A stretch of DNA of 63,535 nucleotides, taken from Carcharhinus longimanus (lineage: Eukaryota). Shown here piece after piece: positions 49,092 to 62,200 of this stretch (position 1 is the first letter of the stretch; each line of letters starts with the position of its first letter). The stretch covers positions 46,368,358 through 46,431,892 of the forward strand of contig JASCQW010000105.1 in the NCBI GenBank assembly GCA_030264375.1, written 5' to 3'. A program made the position numbers and the translations under genes. Below the pieces are notes generated by a model, which did not search any database, had not been told where the DNA came from, and saw only the letters and a list, made by a program, of their open reading frames with translations.

Positions 49092-52000
49092 CTGAAACGT
49101 TGGAAGAAACAATTAAAATCAGTTCTTGTTTTAATATTTCCCCATGTCGATTTTCTAGTTAACGCAAAGGGTGATGGTAACTGAGAATGGGCTCATTTCC
49201 CCTGCAACCTCTGTGCACATATCATTTGAAGCTCAATTTCAAACACACTCATCACAACCCCTGCCAACACATTAGCAGGTGATCCTCTCAGTAATGGCTA
49301 CCGGTTACAATGAAGCAAACTGTGCGAAAGAAACCTGCAATTGTGAAATAGCAGTATTAACAACTGCCTTCAGATCGGCACAGAAACATTAAATCCCAAT
49401 TGTTCTTTTTGCTTTCATTCTGTAAGCTCCTGTCCAAAAACAGCAATAGTAAATCTTTCATGGTGTTCTGAAAGCTCCCTTATTTCAAATATAATGCCCA
49501 AAGGTATAAAAACGTGCAGCAAATTCTCTCAACTGTGCACTGTTTACTCAAAAGATTATTCTCCTGATATCATGCAGTCACTTTCCTGCATTATTTATTG
49601 CACCTAAAGTCGATCTCACATGCACTTTTTTTTGTACACGAGCTCAGTTACAAATTTCAGTATTTCTATCTTGGGATCTCATTCAGCAGCAGAATTTTAA
49701 AGCTATATAATTAGGAAACTCACTTTATAAACTTTTGCTGGTTTATTAATTCACATCAAGAATTGTTCTTAAAAATAAACTTTATGGAAGAAATTGAAGG
49801 AAATCATCACCTGATCTGAAAGATCAGAAGATGTAAATACCATAGCATCCTCTTGGACCCTGTAGGGCATATGGCAAGCTGACAGATTTGCACTATTAGT
49901 ATAATAAAACCCACATTAGACAGGATTTATTTTACTTTTAATTTGGAACTCAAATTTTGAGGGAGAAAAAAAAAAATTATTTGTTTCAGCATACAGCGTA
50001 TTTTCCCACACATTTCAAAACAAATAGGAAAATCCATGTGCAAGCCAATTTCTGCCAAAAGCTAATGGAAGAAGATAATGGGGCAGATATTCCTCAATTT
50101 CCCCCCTCTGTAAAGTTGATAAGAGATACAAAATTATACTCTAACCCCCAACTCAAGGGCCCAGGATTTTTGTGAAGTTGGCCAACTCTAGAAGCCTTTA
50201 AAAACGGCTGACGGAAGTCCTAGCCCCATTTCCAGCAGACCCCTTTGTTGCTGACAGGAGGAAAGGATATTGTGTGAGTCGCACAGGTGAGAACCTCAGG
50301 CAGCAGGATCATTTGAAATTAGTGCCAGGATCAAAGGACTTCAATCTGCAGTGTTGGAACCACAATTTTATGGAGGAGGCTCATGAAGGGTGAAAAATGT
50401 CTGTTCACGTGTCATGGTCTGAAGTAATTTGAATCTGTAGCCCTTTAAAGATGAAATAAAAAAAAAAACAGGCTGCAGCTGTCACAATAAAATACCTGTG
50501 GCTGGACAGTATTGATTAATAGGCTACCTACTTATGCTCAGAGAATATCAGCCATGTGTTCCTGCATTTTCAATAGATTTCGTAATTGACATTTCTCAGG
50601 GGCTCTCAATGCAACTGAGCCCATTATCAATACTTGGCTACTTTACAATAGCTCGAAAACCACATATCTCAGGAGGGTGCCAAGTTCACATTATGATTGA
50701 CAGTTTTAAGAGGATGTTAAAAGTTTTGTGTTCTTTGATGTGACTAGTGAATAGGAAAGTGACATGTGGGTATGAAAGGGTTATGGGGATAGAGAAGTGC
50801 TTTGGGGCAGGGAGGTGGCATGGGGCCAGTTGGGGGCATAGAGGGTAAGGGATAGGTCACTTAACAGCCTTTTATACAAATAGGTCGATGACTAAGAGAA
50901 CCAAATTAGGCCATCTAACCAGGTCACCTTGTCAGTCACCTGCCTCCAAGGCTGCCTGTGAACTGCCTCTAAAGGCTGTGAGCCCAATACATCCAATTTG
51001 GGAAATTTCTCAGCTCAAGCGTCTTGTCGCCATGGTGAAAATCTGGCTCTTGGAATTTAAGTAATTACTACAAAGCTGGCGTGAGATGAGACCTGAATAC
51101 ACGGAGGTTTGTGTATTGCAGCAGTTTAAAGATACACTTACTTTGTGATTGGATACAAAAAATTTCCACTACCTGCATAATGGAATCGTTATTCTATTTG
51201 GCTGCCCCATTTTTGGAAATATGTTTATGTTTTTGCTTTCTTATATTTGGGATGGTATTTTTGTTTTGCTGTTCATATTTGGAAGAAATACTTGTCTCAT
51301 GTTGAATGACATGCCGGGCTGCACTAGTGGGAATAGGCAGGGCTTCCTGTTTTATAGAAGGCACCAAAAAAAACTTGCTAATCCCTTTTCAGCAGCACTA
51401 AGTACCATGCCTACGTAGTCTCAGAAATCTGTGTCAGGCTGTGATAAATGGGATCAACAACGTCCAGAGCACAGAACATTGCAATTAAAAAATTCAATAA
51501 CTTTATTGGGGAAGACAAGGTAGATGGCTAGCATTTCACATCCAATTTATATGCAAACTGACTAGTACCAGCATTCTCTTTCTCTTAGCCATATATTCAA
51601 TCAACTTTCCCTTTGGCAGCCATATAAATTCATTTTGCACAATTCACCATCTTTTTTTTACTTAGGACTACACTCCTTCTGCATGTGAATACCCTGAACA
51701 ATCCACTAACAACTCTTTACAACAATACTCCCTGCTCCCCCACCACCACTCCCCATCCCCCTGTAATTAGCCACTTCATTCTGCTTATTCTGTCTCAAGA
51801 AAGAATAAGCAAAGGATTAGAAATAAAAAAACATGGAAGCTGGAGATGGGGAAAAATTACCTTAATTTCAATTAGAAGCATACAGTAAATCCAGTCGTGG
51901 TACTAGTTTCCACCTGCAAACTTGCAAGTTAGCATTGAGGTCTTATCTAGCCAACAATATTTATAGAAATAAATATCTGCAGTCTACAATGGATGGAAGT

Positions 52001-52428
52001 TCATCCATGACATTTCAAGAGATTGAAGACTAAAGTTTAATCTGTTGTGAATGTTAGCACAAAACAAAGGTTGAACTTCCTACTTGTAAATAAATTCATG
52101 AGATTAAAATTTGTTTTGTGTTGTTTATCAATATTATTTAGGGCTACCTACTCTTTTCTTATTAACAATTATTTTTATAGTATCAGAATACAGGAAAAAT
52201 TTACTTCTATACAGTAAACTGATATTATCTTTATGGCTTTATTAATTAGAAAGCTCAGTACTTTAAAATATATTCTTCTAATATAAACAGAATACATAAC
52301 TGAGTAACTCCACTAAGACCCATTTATATTTTATAAATGGGATTCACATGGCTTGCATGTGTTTGTTCATTCTATTTAAATTTTCTAATCAGTAAAACAT
52401 AACCAAATTTTACACGTGTATTTCTTAC

Positions 52429-52500
52429 TTCACTGCTCATTNNNNNNNNNNNNATGTTAACCAGACACACACATTCCTTTTTGAAGCAATCTGAATGGAA
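52429..52500 (-). other. Candidate 72-nt exon (contains 12 N)
   Basis: Acceptor ggctttttattttacag and donor GAA|gtaaga. Confidence 0.25.
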
Positions 52501-52849
52501 CTGTAAAATAAAAAGCCAGAATTATCAAAGTGGAGGGCGGAGGGTCTCACCACCATTATGACAATAATAGTGGAGGTTCGAATTAGGAAGCCCTAATCCT
52601 CACACGGGGAATTGGAGAGGTGGGGGGTGGAGGGGGTGCAGAGGCAACAAGAGTGAGTTCTGAGTTGCGCTTCCATGGTTTACAAAAGGCAAATCACACA
52701 TTAAAGTACAACTGCCTGATGCTGATCTAATTTTTGCTGGTAGGATGGCCAAACATGTCTTGTGCACTTTAGACCTAATAAACAAGATTTAAAGCTGCCA
52801 GAGTTCTTTGGGGAGATAAGATATTCTTGTAGGCATGAGACATATAGAT

Positions 52850-52974
52850 TGGAATTTTACTGGCATGCCAACATCAATTCTGGGGGTGACCAAGGCTTGG
52901 AAAACAATATTTTCCATTGGTCTCAGGCAGGATTGTACAAACCTTGGGCAGACGTGCCAGTAAAATTCCACCCT
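52850..52974. mobile_element. Short MITE with 15-bp perfect inverted repeats
   Basis: GGAATTTTACTGGCA ... TGCCAGTAAAATTCC. Confidence 0.7.
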
Positions 52975-54099
52975 TAATAACAACTGCATGTGTGAAACTG
53001 CTTAGAAAGAAAACCTCAAAAAAAAACTGCTGTTCCTACAACTCTATAAAAGTATCAAGCAAACCATTGCAGTATCACTACAGGTCTCAAACACTTCACA
53101 TCTTTTAATCTTGTGCAAATAAACATTGAGACATTTTTTTTTGTGATTTCTTCATGTATTAAAACCAATTAAAGAGGTCAATTAAGCAAAGTTAACAGTT
53201 CTCTCCAGTTTTCAAAACAACCCCAACTGAGATAATACTTTATGAATCCAGGTGCTCAAACAAACATGCACAATGAAGCCAGCCAGTTCGACTGAAAGAG
53301 CTTTTACACCTGCCCTCATTAGGTAGAAGTTATTTCATATTTCAGACACAATTCTCCAGTATCATTTTTCACCGCACAATGCAGAATTAACAAAAACAAA
53401 TCCTCATGATTTTCATAATAAGTAAGTCAATAGTAGTGAATTTAATTTCATTTAGTATTCTTGTATCTTACTGAATTGGTCACTCCAACTATGCTATGGA
53501 ATACTTTTGCTGTATTATTAACCCTACAGTAAGAATATAATTTTCTTCAGAGTGGGATGAAGCAAAGGCTACTTATATTTCAAGGTGTCTCAACCACTGA
53601 AAGTGAGATTTGATTGCAATATTCTGTTTATATGCCTTCCATTTGACTTTAACATTCAAAGAATCTTGAAAAGTGTTGCTCCTTAGCACTCCACGGTCTT
53701 AAGAACCTGTTCCAAAGATTTATAATGTTAATGACATTTTGCTGGCATGATCAAGTTTTTGATCTTCAGTTTAGCACAACCAGAACATGCTTTGTTTTGG
53801 GAACCACCAAGATATGTCAATCAATGTCAAGTTAATGATGATTACTACATGAGCATGTTTTACATATTGAAGGAAAATTATCTTTGCGCAGTTGGTGCAG
53901 CAAAATCTGCTCTTCACCGAGCTGTTTTAGGATTTTGCTACTGTATATGCTTTGGAAATTTGGGACAACCTACAGCAGGCACTTCAAATCACTGGAAAGG
54001 TACCACAAGTAGTACCTTTGTGTAACCTTCCAAACCTGGTGGCAAGAAAGGTGGTCCAACAGCAGTATGCTCTCCCAAGCCACTTGCTGGTGTGACGGT

Positions 54100-54450
54100 G
54101 TCAATTTAAAATCAGTCCCACTATTTGGACCATTTGGCTTGCATGCTTGGCGTAAGACTCACAAAGCAGTTGTTCTGTTCAGATTTGGAGCATGACAGGA
54201 CCATCCCAAGAGAACAGTGAAAAAGCTTTATGGGTGCTCTCAATCCTGACTTATGGGAATCCCTAGCTTGTAACAGTCCAATATGGAAAGGGTTCACTTG
54301 GGAGACACTGACCACGTCAGGAGCCTTTGCAGGGAACGTACAGAATTAAAGTTGTGGAATCAGAGGGAGAACGCAAACCTCCAAGCTGCCCATTTACTCA
54401 ACCCTCACGTCGCCATCTGTCCCCACTTGTGGTAGAGTCTGCAGATTGAA
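54100..54450 (+). mobile_element. RTE-clade LINE 3' remnant
   Basis: Frameshifted KQLFCSDLEHDR..PREQ.KSF..PDLWESLACNSPIWKGFTWE, resembling the RTE C-terminal WE.LA.DR..W motif. Confidence 0.5.
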
Positions 54451-57400
54451 CATTGATTTATCAGCCATTTTAGAGCCCATCAAATTGAGTGGAAGCAAGT
54501 CACGAGGAAGAAGCAAATGCCACGAAGAGGAAAAACTATCGCAATTCCAATTTTACCAACTATTCAGTAAAAAACTTCAAATGTTTTAAGTTAATTTTAT
54601 CTTTTCCCTGACCTCAGAAACAGACATCTCAAACTTGCCCTATCCTAGTTAGGTTGCTGTTAGACCAATTTACTTTCTCTGGGGCACAAATAACAAGGGA
54701 AACGTAGGCACAGATAAACAAGCTCTGTGCTTGACTGACAAGTATTGCAAGATGAGCTCTCTCAGAAATTGTTCACAGATGGGTTGGATAATTTACTGAC
54801 TGTGTGTGCGCGCAAGATAATACATTGTATATGTAAAGAAAAATGAAGAGCTAACGCTCTTCTATGCTTATGAAGAGCCAGCCAACATTTTTGAACTATA
54901 TGTTAATATATGCACAATAAGCTATATGAACTCTGTACTTTAATGTAACACAAGATAATTACAGTGACAAAAGTGGTAATAAAAACAATTATTATAGAGT
55001 AAGAAAAAATGATGCAAGAAAAGCAGCTTGCAATAAATATATACGCGAGAGAAAATCATGTTTCAGGAGATATTTATAAGCATTGTTGTGAATTAAAAAG
55101 TATCGATACTGCAGAAATGATAACTTGCATCTATTTCGAGCTGCCGTCACTGTAATTACATTGAGTATGAAGTACATATACTAACCTTCAAGCTTAGATG
55201 AATTACACTTCTGAAATTTAATGGAAATTCCACAAGAGTAAATTGTTCAAATAAAAGCACATTTATTAACATTACAGAATATCCACGCTAAACAAGGAAA
55301 ACAGAATCATTTTAATCATTAAAAAAGAAACATGGATATAATTTGTGAGTTCAATTATGTGACCAATTATGAATTACAGCTCATTTGAATTTCTCATTAT
55401 GGAACATGAACAATTAATGGGTTGCCAGCATGAATGTTTTCTACTTCATCAGTTTTTAAAAGCTGTGAACATGCAGTTTCCTGGTTAGTCGATAAAGGCA
55501 TCAAACTCAACCAGCTGTCTACCTGTTCAGGACGAACATAATTGTGATAAGGGCAAGTCAAGTATTCATTCACCATTATTTCCCTTATGTGAAGTTGGGT
55601 ACTGTAGCATCTAANNNNNNNNNNNNNNNNNNNNNNNNNNNNNNNNNNNNNNNNNNNNNNNNNNNNNNNNNNNNNNNNNNNNNNNNNNNNNNNNNNNNNN
55701 NNNNNNNNNNNNNNTCAAATCACAAAAACAAACATCCAGGCTGTGGGTAGAAATGGTGATTAGCTAAACATTGGACAAGCACATTGAGCATCCATTATTC
55801 TGGGACAATTAGAATTTAACTGGAGTAAGTGGCTATTTTCAGTGCCTTTCCTGATCAAGTAGGCTTCCAATTATCTCAACATCAGTAATATTAGTTTTGT
55901 TGGTTAATATAGTATAATCATCCAAAAAGAGGTAAAAGGAATAGGATAGTAATATCATACTGGTAAACAAAATGTCAGAACTCAATAGTGAGATATATCA
56001 TTCTAAACTGTACACAGGTAAGAAAATCAGTTGCACAGTTAAGGTTCAGCAATACTCTTGGTATTAAAATGGACTTTACACTGAAACCACTGAATGGTAT
56101 GGATGAGAGAAATTTACAGCACAGAATGGGGTCATTTATCCCCTTGTGTCTCTGCTAGCGCAATTCAAAACTAATCCCACTGTCCCAGTCCCTTTCCACA
56201 GTCACTGATCAACCTTCCTCTGATTCAAAGGTTTATCCTGATTTCCTGTAAACACTGTAGTGGCTTCAGCCACCCTGTGATTAAAAAAAATCCATATGCT
56301 AACAGTGGCCTAGTAAAGAAAGTTCCTCTAACCTATCAAGTATAAATTAAATGCCTGGGTCATTGAACACAAAACTACTCTGTGAGCCACTTAAAAGCAA
56401 TTTAAGAAAATGATTCAACTTTCAAAACCATGAAGGTTAAATCCTCCATGTTCTTTCCTATCCATAATAACTTGGTAATTATAGACAAGCCAATGATGCT
56501 GACAGCTAAATTAGATGGTGGTTAACAGCTGTGAGTGACACTTAGATGCCCACTTCATACAAACTGATTGGGCAGCTCGAACTGAGTTTTATTTTTCACC
56601 TTCACATATGGGACGACTATTTACTGCAGCTGGTGAACAAGCATCCTCTTGAACATTTAATTTCTATGGCCTTTTGAATTGGAAATTAGAGAGCTACCCA
56701 TCGTGATAAACTCTACAGGGCAGCTTGGACCTGTATAAATTGAGGGAAACAACTGTGTCTGCTTAACTAGATTGAAGAATGGTAGCACAGTGTATGAACC
56801 AGGAAGTGTAAATAAGAAGTGAATTTAATGTCATATCAGATACAATAAGTAAAATAAGAGGAAAAGAAAGACAGGCCTAAAAAAATCTTTTAACTCTTCA
56901 AACATTTTGTTGCAAAATGAGACATCGAACTCTAAAAAGGTACTTTTCAGCAACAGTGAGGTCGCTTGGCTTATGACAACATGAAGAAAGGTACTTAAAT
57001 GGAAATGGACTAGCCTTAGCCCCTCTAACCATTTTTTGATGAGTTTAGTCACTTTGGCATCAGTACCAAACAAAATATCATTCAAAACATTTTAAATGGG
57101 AAGATAGATGGGAAGATGTCATTTCTGCGCAGTTTTCAAAGTAGCAATGGATCTGGAACAGCACATGTTTGTATTCATCTGAGGTTGTCATTTTTCTTTG
57201 ACACACAATAGATTTTGGCCCTTAGGAGAATAAGGTTGTTTTGCTGACCATTATGGATATAATTCGCTTCGATGAATAGAGAAAAAAAGATAGATCATTT
57301 TAAAGTTCTTTGAAAGTTTAGTCATGGCATGAGTCAATTCTGGCCTCCCAGGCTGTCCAGATCCACTACAGTTTGCCTATTGCCGCAACAGGTCCATAGC

Positions 57401-57938
57401 AGATGGCATCACCCTGGCTCCACATTCAACCCTGGAATACCTGGATAACAAAAGATACCTATGTCAGACTCCCAATTAATGACCACAGCTCAGCCTTCAA
57501 CATCATTATTCCCACAAAACTAATTTCTAAACTGTGGCCTGGGACTCAGCTCCTCCTTGTGCAACTGGATCTAACCCACAGGCCGCAATCAGTAAGCATA
57601 GCCAGCAACACTTCCACGATCATCCTCAACACCGGTGCCCAACAAGACTGTGTACTCAATGCCTTACTATACTCCTATACACTTAACTGTGTGGCCAAAT
57701 TCCCCTCTAACTCAATTTTCAAGTTTTCTGATGACACCACTGTAGAGGGTTGGATCTCAAACAACGATGAGACAGAATACAGGAAAGAGATAGAGAATCT
57801 GGTGAGCGAGTGTGATGACAATGATCTCTTCCTCAATGTCAACAAAATGAAGGAGATAGTCATCAACTTCAGGAAGCACAGTGGAGGACATTACCCTGTC
57901 TACATCAATGGGGACAAAGTGGAAATGGTTGGGAGCTT

Positions 57939-58525
57939 AGTCATAGATGCAGGAGGTTTACAGAATGGAAACAGGACCTTTGGCCCAATTTGTCCATGCG
58001 GCCCTGTTTTTTTCTTAAAACAACCAAGCTAGCTCAATTACCCACATTTGGACCATATCCCCCTTAGCCATCTTACCCACATAAACTATCTAAACACTCC
58101 TTAAAAGACAAAAGTGTACCTGCCTCTACTACCATCTCTGCTGCTCGGTCCTGACACTCACCACCCTCTCTGTGAAATGACTGCCCCTCTGGACCCTTTT
58201 GTGCCTCTCCCCTCTCATCTATACTTCCTAGTTTGAGGCTTTTAGACTCCCCTACCTTTGGGAAAAGAAATTGACAATCTAATTGATTTATGCCCCTCAT
58301 TATTTTTATATACTTCCACAAGATCACCCCTAAGTCTCCTACACTCCAGAAAAAAAAGTCCCATTCTATCTTGCCTCCCCTTATAATTCAAACCATCAAG
58401 TCCTGGTGGCACCTCAGTAAATCTTTTCTGTGCCCTTTCCAGTTTAATAATATCCTTTTTATAATAGGGTGACCAGAACTGTACACAGTATTCCAAGTGT
58501 GGCTTTACCAACGTCTTGTACAAGC
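57939..58525 (-). mobile_element. CR1 3' fragment nested in the Rex1-like element
   Basis: YKTLVKPHLEYCVQFWSPYYKKDIIKLERAQKRFT..RLRGDLVEVYK; AGCTT on both flanks. Confidence 0.9.
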
Positions 58526-58603
58526 CAAGCTTCCAGTTGCTAGATGTTCAGATCACTAACAACATGTCCTGGCCCCACCACACTGACACTATAGTTAAGA
58601 AGA

Positions 58604-58960
58604 GACGATGGCCTAGTTGTATTACTGCTACTCTATTAATCTGGAAACTCAGTTAATGTTCTGGGGACCTGGGTTTGAATCCCACATGGCAGATGGTGAA
58701 ATTTGAATTCAATTCAAAATATCTGGAATTAGGAATCTGCTGATGACCATGAAACCATTGTCGATTGTCATGAAAACCCATCTGGTTCACTAATGTCCCT
58801 CAGGGAAGGAAATCTACTGTCCTTGTTCCGTCTGGTCTACACGTGACTCCAGATCCGACAGTAATGTGGTTGACTCTCAAGTGCCCTTGGGCAACTATGG
58901 ATAGGCAATAAATGATAGCCAGCAAGCAAAACCTATTTCCCACAAATGAATAAAAAAAGA
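58604..58960 (+). mobile_element. tRNA-derived SINE with LINE-like tail, nested in the Rex1-like element
   Basis: A-box-like TGGCCTAGTTG, B-box GGTTTGAATCC, core CCATCTGGTTCACTAATGTCC, tail GGGCAACT..AATAAATG..AATGAATAAAA. Confidence 0.85.
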
Positions 58961-59807
58961 AAGAAAGCCCACCAACATGTCTACTTTCTTAGGAGACTAA
59001 GGAAATTTGGCACGTCTGCTTTGACTCTCAACAACTTTTACAAATGCACCATAGAAAGCATTTTTTCTGGTTGTATCACAGCTTGGTATGGCTCCTGCTC
59101 TGTCCAAGTCTGCAAGGAACTACAAAGGATTGTGAACAAAGCCCAGTCCATCACGCAAAACAGCCTTCGATCCATTGACTCTATCTACTCTTCTCTCTGC
59201 ACAATAAAGCAGTCAGCATAATCAAGGACACCACACATCTTTTTGGCCTTTTTCCATCTAGAAAAACATACAAAAGTCTGAAATCATGTACCAACTGACT
59301 CAAGAACAGCTTCTTCCCTGTTGCCACTAGACCTTTGAATGGCCTACCTCAAATGAATTTGATCTTTCACTACTTCCCCAGTTATGAATATAAAAGTACA
59401 TTCTGCACTCTCTCCTTTCCTTCTCTGTGAATGGTATGCTTTGTCTGTATGCTGTGCAAGAATCAGTACTTCTCACTGTAAACACGTGACAATAAAAAAA
59501 ATCAAATATATTTAAATTAAAGCACATATATACAGAAAGTAAGACAAAATTGCAATGGCTACCTAAAAATCTTGGCTAAACAGGTCCCCGAAGATTTTAT
59601 ATTATAAAGTAGGATCACTTTCAATTTCTAAGATTTGTTAGATATCCAGCTGAATGGCATTATGAAAACAATAGAACTTACAAACTTATGTTATCATTCT
59701 TGAAAATTTGATCAGTGCTTTATGTGTGCAAAATATACAAGTTCACATCTTATGTTTTGCTGCCTATAATTTAAGTAGGTAAAAAGTATTTAACTACTAG
59801 AAACTAT

Positions 59808-59934
59808 GGGCAGAATTTTATGGCCTTGCTCGCCTGAAACTGTAAAATCCCACTTGGTATCAATGGACCTACTTATTGTCCTCTCCTCGCCTGCTCTAAT
59901 TCCTGTGGTGGATGGGGTAGTAAAATTCTAGCCT
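59808..59934. mobile_element. Short Harbinger-like MITE
   Basis: GGGCAGAATTTTA ... TAAAATTCTAGCC, with an internal repeated TAAAATCC subterminal motif. Confidence 0.55.
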
Positions 59935-60189
59935 ATATACATAAGTAGAAGCTGTCTCCATGCTTACTTCGATGCACTGTTCTGTCCAACAGCATGGAAA
60001 TCCTTAGATATGTGGCATGTGTTCTCTTATATAACTTTGATACTACACTCTGACTAATATGAACCCTTAATTTTCCATCAAATCTTTATCTCAGTCTATT
60101 CCATGTATTCACATCGTTAATAATACGGTACCTCTACCAAACCTCCCCACCGAAGCTTCTGAGCTCATAAGGTGGTTTGAAGGTCTTAT

Positions 60190-60645
60190 CATAGAACCCT
60201 TCCAATACAGAAGTAGGTCATTCAGCATATCGAGTCTGCACTGACTCTCTGGCAGACAAGTATTTTACTCAGGCCTCCTACCCTGTTCTGTTCCTGTTAC
60301 CCTACACATTTACCACAGCCAATACGTCTAACCTAGAACATAAGAACATAAGAAATAGGAGCAGGAGTAGGCCATCTAGCCCTTCGAGCCTGCCCCGCCA
60401 TTCAATAAGNNNNNNNNNNNNNNNNNNNNNNNNNNNNNNNNNNNNNNNNNNNNNNNNNNNNNNNNNNNNNNNNNNNNNNNNNNNNNNNNNNNNNNNNNNN
60501 NNNNNNNNNCTCATAGCTCAACCCCCTCAACTCCGGTATCAGCCTAGTAAACCTCCTCTGCACTCCCTCCAAGGCCAAAATAACCTGCACATCTTTGGAC
60601 TGTGGGAGGAAACTGCAGCACCCGGGCGAAACCCATGCAGACTAG
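60190..60645 (-). mobile_element. HE1-type SINE interrupted by a CR1 3' fragment (60336-60575, with gap)
   Basis: SINE tail at 60190-60335 and V-domain at 60580-60642, with TAACCT at both junctions. Between them, ALEGVQRRFTRLIPELRGLSYE. Confidence 0.75.
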
Positions 60646-60698
60646 ACTGATTCCAGGGATACAGGACTTGTCTTCTGAAGAGCAATTGAGCAGTTAGG

Positions 60699-62200
60699 CC
60701 TAAACTGCTCAGTCTCCCTTCATGAGAGAAGTCCTTCGTCTCTGGATTCAATTGAGCGAACCATCTTTGAACTGCTTCCCATAAAGCAACATCTCTCAAG
60801 TAAGGGAACGAAAACTGTGATCTCACTAATGCCTTGTACAGTTGCCAAAAAAACTTCATTAATTTTATACTCCATTATTTTAGCAATAAATGCCAAGATT
60901 CCATTTGTCTTTCTTATTACCCACGGTAACTGTATACAAGTTTTCTGCAAATCCCTCAGATCCCTCTGCACAGAAGCACTCCAAAGCTTCTCTCCATTTA
61001 GCTAATAAGTTGTCTTTCCATTTTCCCTACCAAAATGGATAAATTCATACTTATCCACATTAAACTCAATCTGCCAAATTTTGGCCTGCTCACCTGAACT
61101 ATCCATTTATTAATTGCTTATTTCTTTAAGGCAGCTTAGTATCCCACTTATTTTAGTGTCATCTGCAAATTTATGTATCTTCTATCTGTGTCCAAGTCAT
61201 TAATATAGATTGTAAATAGTTGGGGCCTGAGGACTGAATCGTGTGGCACCCAACTAGTTACATGTTGCCAACTAGAAAATAATCTGTTTATCGTAACTCT
61301 CTGCTGTCTCATTAGCTAGTCTTCTATCCAACGTAATAAATTACCCTGAACTCCATGTGATTTTACCCTTTTGTGCAGTACCTGGTCAAATGTGTTCCTG
61401 AAGTCCAAATATGCTACATCTACAGGATTTTCATTATCCACTGGGCTTGTTACATCTTCAAAGTACTCTAGCAAATTAGTCAGACATGATTTATATTTCA
61501 TTAAACAATGCCAATTCTGATAGATCGTGTTTTGACTTTGCAAATGCCCTGTTATAATGGATTCCAACAATTTCCCAACAACAAACATTAAACTAACTGG
61601 TCTGTACTTTCCTATTTTCTGCTTCTCTCCTTTTTTGAATATTAGCATTTTTCCAATCCATTGAAGCCTTTCCCACAATATGGAGATGCTGGCATTGGAT
61701 GTCCAATGCCAGCATCTCCACATCTTTGGCGACCATCGACACTGAAAACTGTCGACTCCAAGTGGAGAGGATCTCCAAAAAGGTCGCACATATCGACACT
61801 TATTGTGCCCTTCCCACATCCAGGGATTTGTGGTATAGTATAACCAATGGATCCACTTTCTTCACTGCCACTTCCTCTGAAACCCAAAAGATGAAGGCCA
61901 TCAGGCCCTGGGAATCCCAATAGTTCGCTCAGCACTTTTTCCCTATTGATAATGATTGTTCCAAGTTCCCCTGCATTCCATGTTACTATTGGGATGATAC
62001 TAGCGTCCTCCACCATGAACACTGAGGCAAAATATTGATTTAATGTCTGCCATTTGTGTTTTCCATTAATAACTCCATGGTCTCATGCTCCAAGAGTCTG
62101 ACATTCACTTCAGCTATTCTTTTCCCTCTTACATACTTACATAAGCTTTTGCTATCCTTTTGATATTTTGTGCTGGTTTTCTTTCATAATTTACCTTCGA
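60699..62200 (-). mobile_element. CR1 ORF2 (RT) fragment, degenerate
   Basis: PGPDGLH; YRPVSLMFVVGKLLESII; SCLTNLLEYFEDVT; DVAYLDFRNTFDQV; KFADDTKI; KTNGILAFIAK. Confidence 0.9.
61678..61806 (+). mobile_element. Penelope fragment (palindromic pLTR end plus ORF N-terminus) inserted in CR1
   Basis: 19-bp perfect inverted repeat at 61681-61720 matching the pLTR end at 44875-44898. Then ATIDTENCRLQVERISKKVAHIDT. Flanked by GCC(T/C)TTCCCACA at 61666-61677 and 61807-61818. Confidence 0.65.

Larger units (their letters stand above)
57310..59520 (+). mobile_element. Rex1/Babar-like LINE (RT through 3' end) carrying two nested insertions
   Basis: DPLQFAY; SSAFNIIIPTKL; GAQQDCVL; FKFSDDTTV; KKAHQ.VYFLRRLRKFG..FYKCTIESI..ITAWYG; 3' end GTGACAATAAAAAAATCAAAT. 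Confidence 0.9.
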
